Origin: Longimicrobiales bacterium
GTDB taxonomy: Bacteria > Gemmatimonadota > Gemmatimonadetes > Longimicrobiales > RSA9
Direction of reading: 5' to 3'
DNA: 64,000 nucleotides
Assembly (NCBI GenBank): GCA_035461245.1
Contig: DATHVP010000062.1
Location: forward strand, 3,956-67,955
A program made the position numbers and the translations under genes. The notes below the pieces were generated by a model. The model ran no database searches and had not been told where the DNA came from. It saw nothing but the letters and a program-made list of their open reading frames with translations. Positions 1 through 7,343 of the stretch are shown in pieces. Each line of letters begins with the position of its first letter. Positions within the stretch are counted from its first letter, which is position 1.

Positions 1-548
1 CGGAAGATGGGGATGAGCGTGCCGAGCATGCCGCCGTCGGGGGAGAGCACGTTGCCGAACCGCATGTGGACCACGCGGATGCCCGCCTCCTCCGCAGCGC
101 GGGTGGACGCTTCCCACTCCCGGCCGACGTCGGCCAGGAACCCGGTGCCGGGGGGCACGGACTCGTCAATCTCCCGGTCCGGCGGGTGGGCGCCGTAAAT
201 ATTCATTCCGGAGGCCGAGAAGAGTGCCCGCGGCTTCTCCTTCAGCCCCGCCAGTGTCCGCGCCAGCAGCGTGGTGCCCTTGACGCGGCTCTCCCGGATG
301 CGCCGCTTCTTCGCCGGCGTCCACACGCCCGCAATGCTTTCACCAGCCAGGTGGATGACGACGTCGTGACCTTCCAGGCCATCGGCTTCGATGATCCCTC
401 GTTCCGGATGCCACACCACCGCCCGCTCACCGTGTCCCACGGACCCCAGGGACCGGGTAACCGGCGTGACCTGGTGGCCGCCGGCCCGGAATTTCTCTGC
501 AATAGCACTGCCCACGAGGCCGGTGGCCCCGGTGATCGCTACGCGCAT
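1..548 (-). CDS. NAD-dependent epimerase/dehydratase, TIGR01777 (YfcH-like) family; N-terminal part only, gene runs off the left edge
   Basis: Own translation of the minus strand from ATG at 546-548: MRVAITGATGLVGSAIAEKFRAGGHQVTPVTRSLGSVGHGERA... (Rossmann GxxGxxG). The frame stays open to position 1, so it is missing from the ORF track. Plus-strand ORFs 66..719 and 391..744 are shadows. Confidence 0.7.
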   Translation of the reverse strand, partial: MRVAITGATGLVGSAIAEKFRAGGHQVTPVTRSLGSVGHGERAVVWHPERGIIEADGLEGHDVVIHLAGESIAGVWTPAKKRRIRESRVKGTTLLARTLAGLKEKPRALFSASGMNIYGAHPPDREIDESVPPGTGFLADVGREWEASTRAAEEAGIRVVHMRFGNVLSPDGGMLGTLIPIF

Positions 549-679
549 GATGCCTCACCTGGGTTCAGGTCAGAAACGTCTCGATGCCGCAAGCGCGACG
601 GGTGCCGCAGCGGACCCATGGCCGCCGCGACACCCGTGCACAACCTGCGCCGCCCGGGACTCCTGCCCCGGGCCGGAAG

Positions 680-2395
680 CTACTGGCGCCAGATGCTCTC
701 CGGGCCCCAGGTCTGGTAGTAGCGGTTCCGGTCATTGGTGTTGAACGGCACCACCTCCATGAGGGGCATCGGCTGCTGCCGCACCACGCGCATCATGGGG
801 ATACGCTGCCCCTGCTGCTGCGCGCCCTGCCCGCCGCCACCGCCGCCGCCCGGGCCGCCGGGCCCGTCGCGCACCACCAGCATGTGGTCCGTCCAGCCCC
901 AGGTGATGAGGTTGTCGTCCGTCTCGGGCTCCATGATGTAGGAGATGAGGTTGCCCCGGGACTGCGCCGTGGAGATGTAGTAGGATCCCGCCGGCACCTC
1001 GATGGTCTCCGTCGTCTTCGTCACGTCGGACACGGACTTGAGATAGTGGCCCTGGAAGTACTCGTCCCGGTTCACGCGGCCCGCCCGGTAGACCTCCACC
1101 TCCACCGACGCCGGCTGGTAGAAGCGGTGCACGATCATGCCGTGGTCCAGCAGGATGGGCAGCACCTTCGCCATGGCCGGCGGCAGGATGTAGCCCAGCG
1201 CCCTGGGCGTGGTGCGCGTGATGTTGTAGCTCAGGTAGATGGGACGCGTCTCCAGACGGTAACCGCCGTCGCCGTCGGACACCCAGACAGGCTCGTTGCC
1301 CCGGGACACCAGCTCGTAGTCGAGGACGATCTGGTCGTCATTGCTGAACGTGGCGCCGTTGCGGATGGCCCGCTGCCGGGAGGCGGTGGTCAGCGCCCGG
1401 ATCTCGTTGCGGCGCTCCGCCGCGACCTGGAGCACAGCCCGCTTGGAGAGGACGCTGCCACGCACCTGGTGGTAGTAGCGCTCCTCCTGCGGGATGGCCT
1501 CCACCCGGCTGCCATTGTCACGCACGCGGAACGCGTTGTTCGGCGTCTCGAAGAGCAGGCCGATGCTGTTCACCATGCCCGTGTAGACGTGGTGCTTCCG
1601 CGGCTCCACCGACGTGGAGCCCCACGCCGGCTGGCCATTGACGTTCTGCGGCCCCGAATAGTCAAAACCGTCGTAGTCCTCCGCCCGCAGCGCCGCGCGC
1701 ATGGCGGGGAAGATGTGCTCGTACGGGAACGCCCGCAGCGCCGCGTCCGCCGCAGGGTTCAGCGTGCCCTGCCACGTCATGGTGTAGGGGGCCGCGCCAC
1801 CGTGATGCGTGTCAATGTGGATGTCCGGCGTCCACTCGTTCATCACCTGCGTCACCAGCGCCCGAATCTCCTGCGACTCGAGCTTGACGTAGTCCCGGTT
1901 CATGTCGAAGCCCTCCTCATTCGTACGACGGCGGACCTCGCCGCCATCCGGATTGATGAGGGGGATGATGAGGACGATGACGTCGTCCAGGATGTGACGG
2001 AGATCGCCAGCCACCAGGTCACGAGCCACGATCTGGCTGGACTCCTTGCCGCTGGTCTCGCCGCCGTGCACCGCGTTGGCGATGAGCACGATCGTCTTGC
2101 CGCTGCGGATGGCGTCCTGCGGCGTCAGGATCGGCTCGTTCGAGATGGTGACCAGGGTGAACTCGCGGTCCAGGAGCGTCTGGGTCAGTGGCCGGATGCT
2201 GACCTCCGGACTGATGCGCGCGAGCTCGTACCAGAACTCCATGAGCGGCACGAACGGCGTCGGACCGGCGCGGAAGTTGTTCTGCTCCTGCCACGTCTGC
2301 GGCATCTGCTGCGCCTCGGCCTGGGGCGCAACGGCCAGCCCGGCGGCGAGGGTCAGCGCCAGCGCCGTAAGGACAGGCCTGCGGAAACGGTGCAT
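680..2395 (-). CDS. Secreted M14-family zinc carboxypeptidase
   Basis: ORF 680..2593. Start moved to the internal ATG (2393-2395), which gives signal peptide MHRFRRPVLTALALTLAAGLAVAPQAEA. M14 hallmarks: HGGETSG, INPDG, DMNRD, DTHHGG. Confidence 0.85.
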   Translation of the reverse strand: MHRFRRPVLTALALTLAAGLAVAPQAEAQQMPQTWQEQNNFRAGPTPFVPLMEFWYELARISPEVSIRPLTQTLLDREFTLVTISNEPILTPQDAIRSGKTIVLIANAVHGGETSGKESSQIVARDLVAGDLRHILDDVIVLIIPLINPDGGEVRRRTNEEGFDMNRDYVKLESQEIRALVTQVMNEWTPDIHIDTHHGGAAPYTMTWQGTLNPAADAALRAFPYEHIFPAMRAALRAEDYDGFDYSGPQNVNGQPAWGSTSVEPRKHHVYTGMVNSIGLLFETPNNAFRVRDNGSRVEAIPQEERYYHQVRGSVLSKRAVLQVAAERRNEIRALTTASRQRAIRNGATFSNDDQIVLDYELVSRGNEPVWVSDGDGGYRLETRPIYLSYNITRTTPRALGYILPPAMAKVLPILLDHGMIVHRFYQPASVEVEVYRAGRVNRDEYFQGHYLKSVSDVTKTTETIEVPAGSYYISTAQSRGNLISYIMEPETDDNLITWGWTDHMLVVRDGPGGPGGGGGGGQGAQQQGQRIPMMRVVRQQPMPLMEVVPFNTNDRNRYYQTWGPESIWRQ

Positions 2396-2551
2396 CACGG
2401 CGGCATCCTCCTGAAAGCGGTGTGTGGCCTGATGGTTCGACCGGCGGTTGGACTGCGGCCGCGGGGCGCGGCAGCCGACGCCATCAGGCGGTGGAATCCG
2501 GGGCTGAAACTCGGACGGACAGGGCCCGCTGTCAATGTATACAGACGAACC

Positions 2552-2595
2552 GGGATCGGGATCGGGATCGTAAACGTACGACGTAAACGTCAACG
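2552..2595 (-). repeat. Copy A of the ACGTTTACGATCCCSATCCC element (points toward the M14 carboxypeptidase gene)
   Basis: Plus strand GGGATCGGGATCGGGATCGTAAACGTACGACGTAAACGTCAACG. The core at 2558-2577 matches the other two copies at 19 of 20 positions. CGTAAACG is repeated with a 13-nt offset, as in copy B. Confidence 0.8.
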
Positions 2596-2610
2596 AAAAG
2601 GGACCGGAGG

Positions 2611-2997
2611 TCAGCTCCGGGTCGTGACGGCGATGACGCCGCCGACGTGGCCGGTGCCCCAGCGGGTCGTGGCGTCGGCGGGGGAGATGAACTCGATGCG
2701 CTCAACCAGGCTGGAGGGGATGCCCCTGAGCTCGGCTATGCCGCCGCGGCGCATGCCGTCCACGTAGACGAGGGGGTACGACGCGCTGGGGTCGGACAGG
2801 GACGTGGCGCCGCGGGCCTGCAGCATGTGCGGCCGAAGGCGCTGCACGGCCTCGTACGCGGACACGTTCTCAAGGGTCGTCATCTCCTCGGCGGTGATGA
2901 CGTTGCGATCAGCGGCGGGGCTGCGCCGGGTCGTTCCCGTACACCCTGCAATGATCAGGGCGACAAATGCGACGGATACGACGACACAGCGGCCCAT
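2611..2997 (-). CDS. Small lipoprotein with TonB-receptor plug-like C-terminal region
   Basis: ORF 2611..2997. Lipobox LIIAGC. The segment VYVDGMRRG...VERIEFISPADATTRWG...GGVIAVTTR resembles TBDR plug-domain motifs. Confidence 0.6.
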   Translation of the reverse strand: MGRCVVVSVAFVALIIAGCTGTTRRSPAADRNVITAEEMTTLENVSAYEAVQRLRPHMLQARGATSLSDPSASYPLVYVDGMRRGGIAELRGIPSSLVERIEFISPADATTRWGTGHVGGVIAVTTRS

Positions 2998-3009
2998 GGC
3001 CCCTCCTCG

Positions 3010-4164
3010 TCAGCGCACCCGTTCCAGGGTGGCGTCGTTGTGTGTCTCCCGGGCGTGCTGCTGCGCCGCCTCGTTGCGGGCGGACGCGGCGTACTCGTCC
3101 TTCAGCCGCTGGAGCATCTCCTCGCGCCGGCGGTAGAGCCGCTTTGGCTCCCGCGGCTCGTGCCGTGACAGCGCGTACGCGGTCAGCAGCGGCAGCGCGA
3201 TGGTTGAATCCGTGTAGCAGACGACGGCGTCCGGCAACCGGTCCGGGTCCACCTTCCCCCAGCTCACGGCCTCCGCCGGCGTGGCGCCGGACAGGCCGCC
3301 GGTATCCGGGCGGGCATCGGTGAACTGGAGGAAGTAGTCGTGCCCCTTCTCCTCGATACCCAGCACTTCCTGGATCTGCGGCTCCGTCTGGAGGGCGAAG
3401 TTCTTGGGCGAGCCGCCGCCGAAGATGACGATGGAGCTCTTGCCGCCGCCGCGCTTGCAGTCCAGTACGATGGACGCCGTCTCGTTCACGTCGGCGTTCA
3501 CGTCGTACTGGAGCTTCAGCCCCTGGAGCTGGCCGGCGGCCACGTTCATGCCGATGGACGAGTCGCCCGGCGACGACGTGTAGACGGGGACGTCATACTC
3601 GTAACACGTCGCCAGCAACGACTGCCCTTTCTGGCCCAGCGCCTTCTGCCGCTCGGCAATGTACTTGCCGCACAGCCAGTGGAACTCCGCCGTGGACATG
3701 CTCCGCTGGAACTCGTCCTCCCGGATGATGCGCCGGAAGAACGCGTCCGTGTCCAGCAGCACCGAGTAGTCGAAGAAGATGTCGTAGATGCGGACGACCT
3801 CCTCTTCCCGGAGCTGCACGTCGGACACATGGGGATTGCCCTGGTGCATCTCGAGACCGAGGCCGAAGTGCGTGTCGTGGTACAGGTTCGCGCCGGTGGA
3901 GATGATCCAGTCAATGAAGCCCGCCTCGATGAGGGGGATCAGGCTGCTCATGCCCAGCCCCGCAGGCGTCAGTGCGCCGGTGAGGGTGACGCCGATGGTG
4001 ACGTCGTCGTCCAGCATCCGTTCCGTGAACAGCCGGCAACCATCCCGGAGGCGGCCGCCGTTGTACGACAGGAACGCGGTGTCCACCAGGTCGGCTGCGC
4101 TGATGCCGCCAGTTACCGGGTCGGGCGCGATCTTCGCCCCCTTCAGGTATCGGCTCTTGCCCAT
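3010..4164 (-). CDS. Deoxyhypusine synthase family protein (bacterial DHS-like, possible homospermidine synthase)
   Basis: ORF 3010..4164. DHS-family blocks: [44 protein letters not shown]. Confidence 0.8.
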   Translation of the reverse strand: MGKSRYLKGAKIAPDPVTGGISAADLVDTAFLSYNGGRLRDGCRLFTERMLDDDVTIGVTLTGALTPAGLGMSSLIPLIEAGFIDWIISTGANLYHDTHFGLGLEMHQGNPHVSDVQLREEEVVRIYDIFFDYSVLLDTDAFFRRIIREDEFQRSMSTAEFHWLCGKYIAERQKALGQKGQSLLATCYEYDVPVYTSSPGDSSIGMNVAAGQLQGLKLQYDVNADVNETASIVLDCKRGGGKSSIVIFGGGSPKNFALQTEPQIQEVLGIEEKGHDYFLQFTDARPDTGGLSGATPAEAVSWGKVDPDRLPDAVVCYTDSTIALPLLTAYALSRHEPREPKRLYRRREEMLQRLKDEYAASARNEAAQQHARETHNDATLERVR

Positions 4165-4168
4165 GTCC

Positions 4169-5008
4169 TCAGAATCTCCTGTCTGCCTTCATGCCGCCTG
4201 CCCGCATGGCCTCGGACTCCTGCTGTGCCTTCGCGCAATTCGCTTCGTAGCAGCTGATAATGACGTCCACCGCCTCCTGGGGCGAGTCCGTGAGGACCAG
4301 CAGGTCCATGTCTGCCGGGTGGATCTTGCCATCGGTGAGCATGGTGTCATGCAGCCAGTCCAGCAGGCCCTGCCAGTACTCGGTGCCGAACAGGACCACC
4401 GGGAAGTTCCTGACCTTGCCCGTCTGGATGAGCGTCAGCGACTCGAACAGTTCGTCCATGGTCCCGAAGCCGCCGGGGAAGATGATGAAGCCTTCGGCGT
4501 ACTTCACGAACATGGTCTTGCGCACGAAGAAATAGCGGAAGTTTACCGCCGTCCGCACGTACGCATTCATGCCCTGCTCGAAGGGCAACTCGATGTTGCA
4601 GCCCACGGACCGGCCTCCGGCCTCCACCGCGCCCTTGTTCGCCGCTTCCATGATGCCCGGTCCGCCGCCCGTGATGACGGCAAAGCCGGCGTCGCTGAGC
4701 CGTCGTGCCGTATCCATGGCCGCCTGGTAGTACCGGTCATCCGGCTTCGTCCGTGCACTGCCGAATATGCTGACGCCGGGCCCGATCCGGGCCAGCGTGT
4801 CAAATCCCTCCACGAACTCGCCCATGATGCGGAAGACCCGCCACGAGTCGGTCGTGTCCGTCGGTCGGTGCAGCCACGTCTGCTCCCGGGACAGCAGCCG
4901 CTCGTCCTCCGTTTCCTGACCCGGCTCATGCTGGAACTCCGCCACCGGCACCGGCGGCTGCTCCGGTGGCGGCGACGGCGTGACTTCGTCGTTGTCGCGT
5001 TCGCTCAT
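4169..5008 (-). CDS. LOG family / TIGR00730 Rossmann-fold nucleotide-binding protein
   Basis: ORF 4169..5143. Probable start is the internal ATG at 5006-5008 (MSERDNDE...). Motifs [14 protein letters not shown] and [12 protein letters not shown]. The N-terminal extension of about 60 aa is acidic and Pro-rich. Confidence 0.8.
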   Translation of the reverse strand: MSERDNDEVTPSPPPEQPPVPVAEFQHEPGQETEDERLLSREQTWLHRPTDTTDSWRVFRIMGEFVEGFDTLARIGPGVSIFGSARTKPDDRYYQAAMDTARRLSDAGFAVITGGGPGIMEAANKGAVEAGGRSVGCNIELPFEQGMNAYVRTAVNFRYFFVRKTMFVKYAEGFIIFPGGFGTMDELFESLTLIQTGKVRNFPVVLFGTEYWQGLLDWLHDTMLTDGKIHPADMDLLVLTDSPQEAVDVIISCYEANCAKAQQESEAMRAGGMKADRRF

Positions 5009-5181
5009 GTATATCCTCCCTGCCGCAACATACCCGTTCCGCGCCAGCCGCCGCAAAGCGCGGACCGGCCGCGGACCCCGGTGGACCGGGTGCCGGACAG
5101 GGCTGACGGTGACTACCCGAGCACTCCAGCGCGCACCGGGCACCGTTGCGGCACATCGCCGCCCCTGACACTATTCCCCTC

Positions 5182-5976
5182 ATGAAATGCGCGAACTGCG
5201 GTACCGAGTCCAAGGGCAATTTCTGCCCCTCCTGCGGCGCCAGCATGCGCGCCGCCAACTGCGCCGGGTGCGGCTCGAAGCTGGTCCCCGGGGCCCGCTT
5301 CTGCACCTCCTGCGGAACCGAGGCCGGCACCAGCGGTGGCGGCTCCTCGAGGCGCGGCGGCAGCGGGAGCCAGACCGCCGACAGCGGATCCAGCAACCTG
5401 CCGTGGTATATCGCCGGCGCAGTGCTGCTGGTGCTGCTGTTCGTGCTCATCACGCCCATGATCATGGGCGAGGACAATCGCGTGCCGGACCGTGGCACCG
5501 CCACGTTCAATGGCCAGGCCGGACCGGGCGGGCTCGCGCCCCTGACGGGAACGCCGAGGGAACAGGCGGACCGCCTTTTCAACCGCGTCATGGCCGCCCG
5601 CGAGCAGGGCAACATGCCGGAAGCCCTCCAGTTCGCGCCCATGGGCGTGCAGGCGTACCAGATGGCGGAGCCCCTGGACGACGATGGTCTCTACCACCTG
5701 GCCACGCTCCAGAACACCGCGTCCGACTTCAACGGCGCGCTCCAGACCGCGGAACGCATCCTGAGCCGCAACCCGGACCACCTGCTGGGCCTGGCCTCCG
5801 CCGCCGAGGCCGCCGAAGGCGCTGGTGACACCGCCGCCGCCCGCCAGTACCACCAGCGGCTGCTGGACGCCTACGAGACGGAAATCGGCCGCAACCTGCC
5901 TGAGTACATGGACCACGCCCGCATCCTGCCCGAGTACCGGCAGGCGGCGCAGCGGGCCGTGGCGCAGGGCGGCTGA
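5182..5976 (+). CDS. Double zinc-ribbon membrane protein with TPR-like C-terminal domain
   Basis: ORF 5146..5976, start at ATG 5182 (MKCANCG). Two CxxC..CxxC ribbons, one TM segment (WYIAGAVLLVLLFVLITPMIMG) and a helical-repeat C-terminus. Confidence 0.6.
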   Translation: MKCANCGTESKGNFCPSCGASMRAANCAGCGSKLVPGARFCTSCGTEAGTSGGGSSRRGGSGSQTADSGSSNLPWYIAGAVLLVLLFVLITPMIMGEDNRVPDRGTATFNGQAGPGGLAPLTGTPREQADRLFNRVMAAREQGNMPEALQFAPMGVQAYQMAEPLDDDGLYHLATLQNTASDFNGALQTAERILSRNPDHLLGLASAAEAAEGAGDTAAARQYHQRLLDAYETEIGRNLPEYMDHARILPEYRQAAQRAVAQGG

Positions 5977-5982
5977 TCCCGC

Positions 5983-6014
5983 GTTGCCGGGCGGCCCAGC
6001 GGCCGCCCGGCAAC
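5983..6014. terminator. Hairpin between the convergent zinc-ribbon and beta-propeller genes
   Basis: GTTGCCGGGCGGCC-CAGC-GGCCGCCCGGCAAC, perfect 14-bp stem. Confidence 0.5.
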
Positions 6015-6077
6015 CGCTGCCTCGCATGAGCCCGGCACCGTCGCCGAAGTACTTCGCCGGGGCTCCGTGCGCGTGCC

Positions 6078-7283
6078 TCAGCCCACCGGCACCTCCACCC
6101 GGAACGCCATGACGCGCTGCACGCCGAAGTCATCCGTGGCCACGAGGTAGAGCCGGTCATTCCGCACCCGCGGCCTGACCCACTGCATCCGCTCCACGCC
6201 GGTGGCCACACGACCCAGGCGCCGGCCGTCGGCGTCGAACACGTCGAACTCCGTCAGGCCCTCCGCGTCCAGCAGTTCCACCCAGAGGTTGCCGTAGCTG
6301 TCCGTGGTCATGGCGCGGAACACCGGCTTGGTCCGGGGCAGCGCACTCCGATCTATCCGCCCGCCCATCTCCCGGAACCGCTGCACGCCGGCGGTGGCCT
6401 CCCACTCGTCGAGTTCCGCCGACTGCACCGGCAGCGGTTCGGCGGGCGCGATGATCTCCCGGAGCGTGTCCCCCTCGAGGGTGAGGTGCAGCAGCCGGTA
6501 GTCGTCGGAGAAGCCGTACCAGATGGAGCCGTCGTCGTTCAGGTGCCAGACCGGGCCCGGCGCGAACGGCGCGGCCATGGACATGCCGCCCCGGTCCGTC
6601 TGCACCGACAGCGACGGGTACGGGGACTGGCCCGGCCCCGGGAACGGCGAGGCCACCGTATCGGAGTGGGTGATGGCGTCGCCCACGTGCATGACAAAGA
6701 ACGACGGCGAGTAGTCGTCGGCGCCACGATAGACGGAGCCGGCCTCGATGAAGCGCCGGTCGTGCACGCCGCCGTTGGTGATCCAGCCGAAGAAGTTCAG
6801 CGGGCGCTGCATGGTGCGCACGAAGTCGCCGTCCCGGGTGAGCACGGTGAAGCGGTTGCCCTGCGCGTCGGCGACGATGAGCGTGTCCGGCGCCAGCCAT
6901 TCCAGGCCGTTCGCCGCCGAGTACTCGCCCGGGCCCTGCCCGGAGCGGCCCACGGTGCGCACGTGCGCGCCCGAGGCGTCGAAGATGCGCAGCTCATTGG
7001 CCTGCCGGTCCAGCACGTAGATGCGGCCGTCGTCGCTCACGACCATGCCTGAGATGCTGTTGAACGCGTCGGGCCCGTCGCCGTCCAGCCGCCCGATGTT
7101 CAGTTCCGGCGTCAGCCGCCACTCCTCGCCGGCGCGCCACAGGCCCTGCTCGCTGTTGGTGATGCGGATGACGCCGTTGGGCAGCGTCTCCACCGAGCCG
7201 TCCCAGCTCTGCTGCCCGTCGCCGAATGCGCAGCCGCCAGCCGCGGCCGAAGCCAGCAGGAGCAGGATCATGGTACGTCCCAT
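6078..7283 (-). CDS. Lipoprotein, 6-bladed beta-propeller (NHL/YVTN-like) family
   Basis: ORF 6078..7283. Signal plus lipobox LLLASAAAGGCA. Repeated blade-like segments (DGRIYVLD, DTLIVAD, DRLYLVA). Confidence 0.6.
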   Translation of the reverse strand: MGRTMILLLLASAAAGGCAFGDGQQSWDGSVETLPNGVIRITNSEQGLWRAGEEWRLTPELNIGRLDGDGPDAFNSISGMVVSDDGRIYVLDRQANELRIFDASGAHVRTVGRSGQGPGEYSAANGLEWLAPDTLIVADAQGNRFTVLTRDGDFVRTMQRPLNFFGWITNGGVHDRRFIEAGSVYRGADDYSPSFFVMHVGDAITHSDTVASPFPGPGQSPYPSLSVQTDRGGMSMAAPFAPGPVWHLNDDGSIWYGFSDDYRLLHLTLEGDTLREIIAPAEPLPVQSAELDEWEATAGVQRFREMGGRIDRSALPRTKPVFRAMTTDSYGNLWVELLDAEGLTEFDVFDADGRRLGRVATGVERMQWVRPRVRNDRLYLVATDDFGVQRVMAFRVEVPVG

Positions 7284-7304
7284 GGCGTGCCTCCTCGTGT
7301 GATT

Positions 7305-7340
7305 TCCCGTACCCGTGTGGCCTCCCGTACCCGTGTGGCC
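7305..7340. repeat. Perfect 18-bp tandem duplication
   Basis: TCCCGTACCCGTGTGGCC occurs at 7305-7322 and again at 7323-7340. It lies between the ggt-fusion stop (7344) and the beta-propeller start (7283). Confidence 0.9.
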
Positions 7341-7343
7341 GGC

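Noticed and set aside
2552-2577. GGGATCGGGATCGGGATCG read as a DnaA-trio or Dam/SeqA GATC cluster.
   Set aside because: GAT recurs every 6 nt rather than as contiguous trinucleotide repeats next to a DnaA box. GGGATCG also occurs frequently inside coding regions of this window. Only the extended element with CGTAAACG is distinctive, so the GATC enrichment is reported as part of that element and not as a methylation signal.
584-2767. 727-aa plus-strand ORF antisense to the M14 carboxypeptidase. Similar very long antisense ORFs occur at 24575..26599, 31027..33264, 35984..38524, 56266..58437, 43899..45182, 48120..49121 and 59873..61450.
   Set aside because: Their translations are Arg/Gly/Ala/His-rich low-complexity strings with no recognisable motifs. 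The opposite strand encodes clear family members in each case. Long stop-free antisense frames are expected in high-GC coding DNA.
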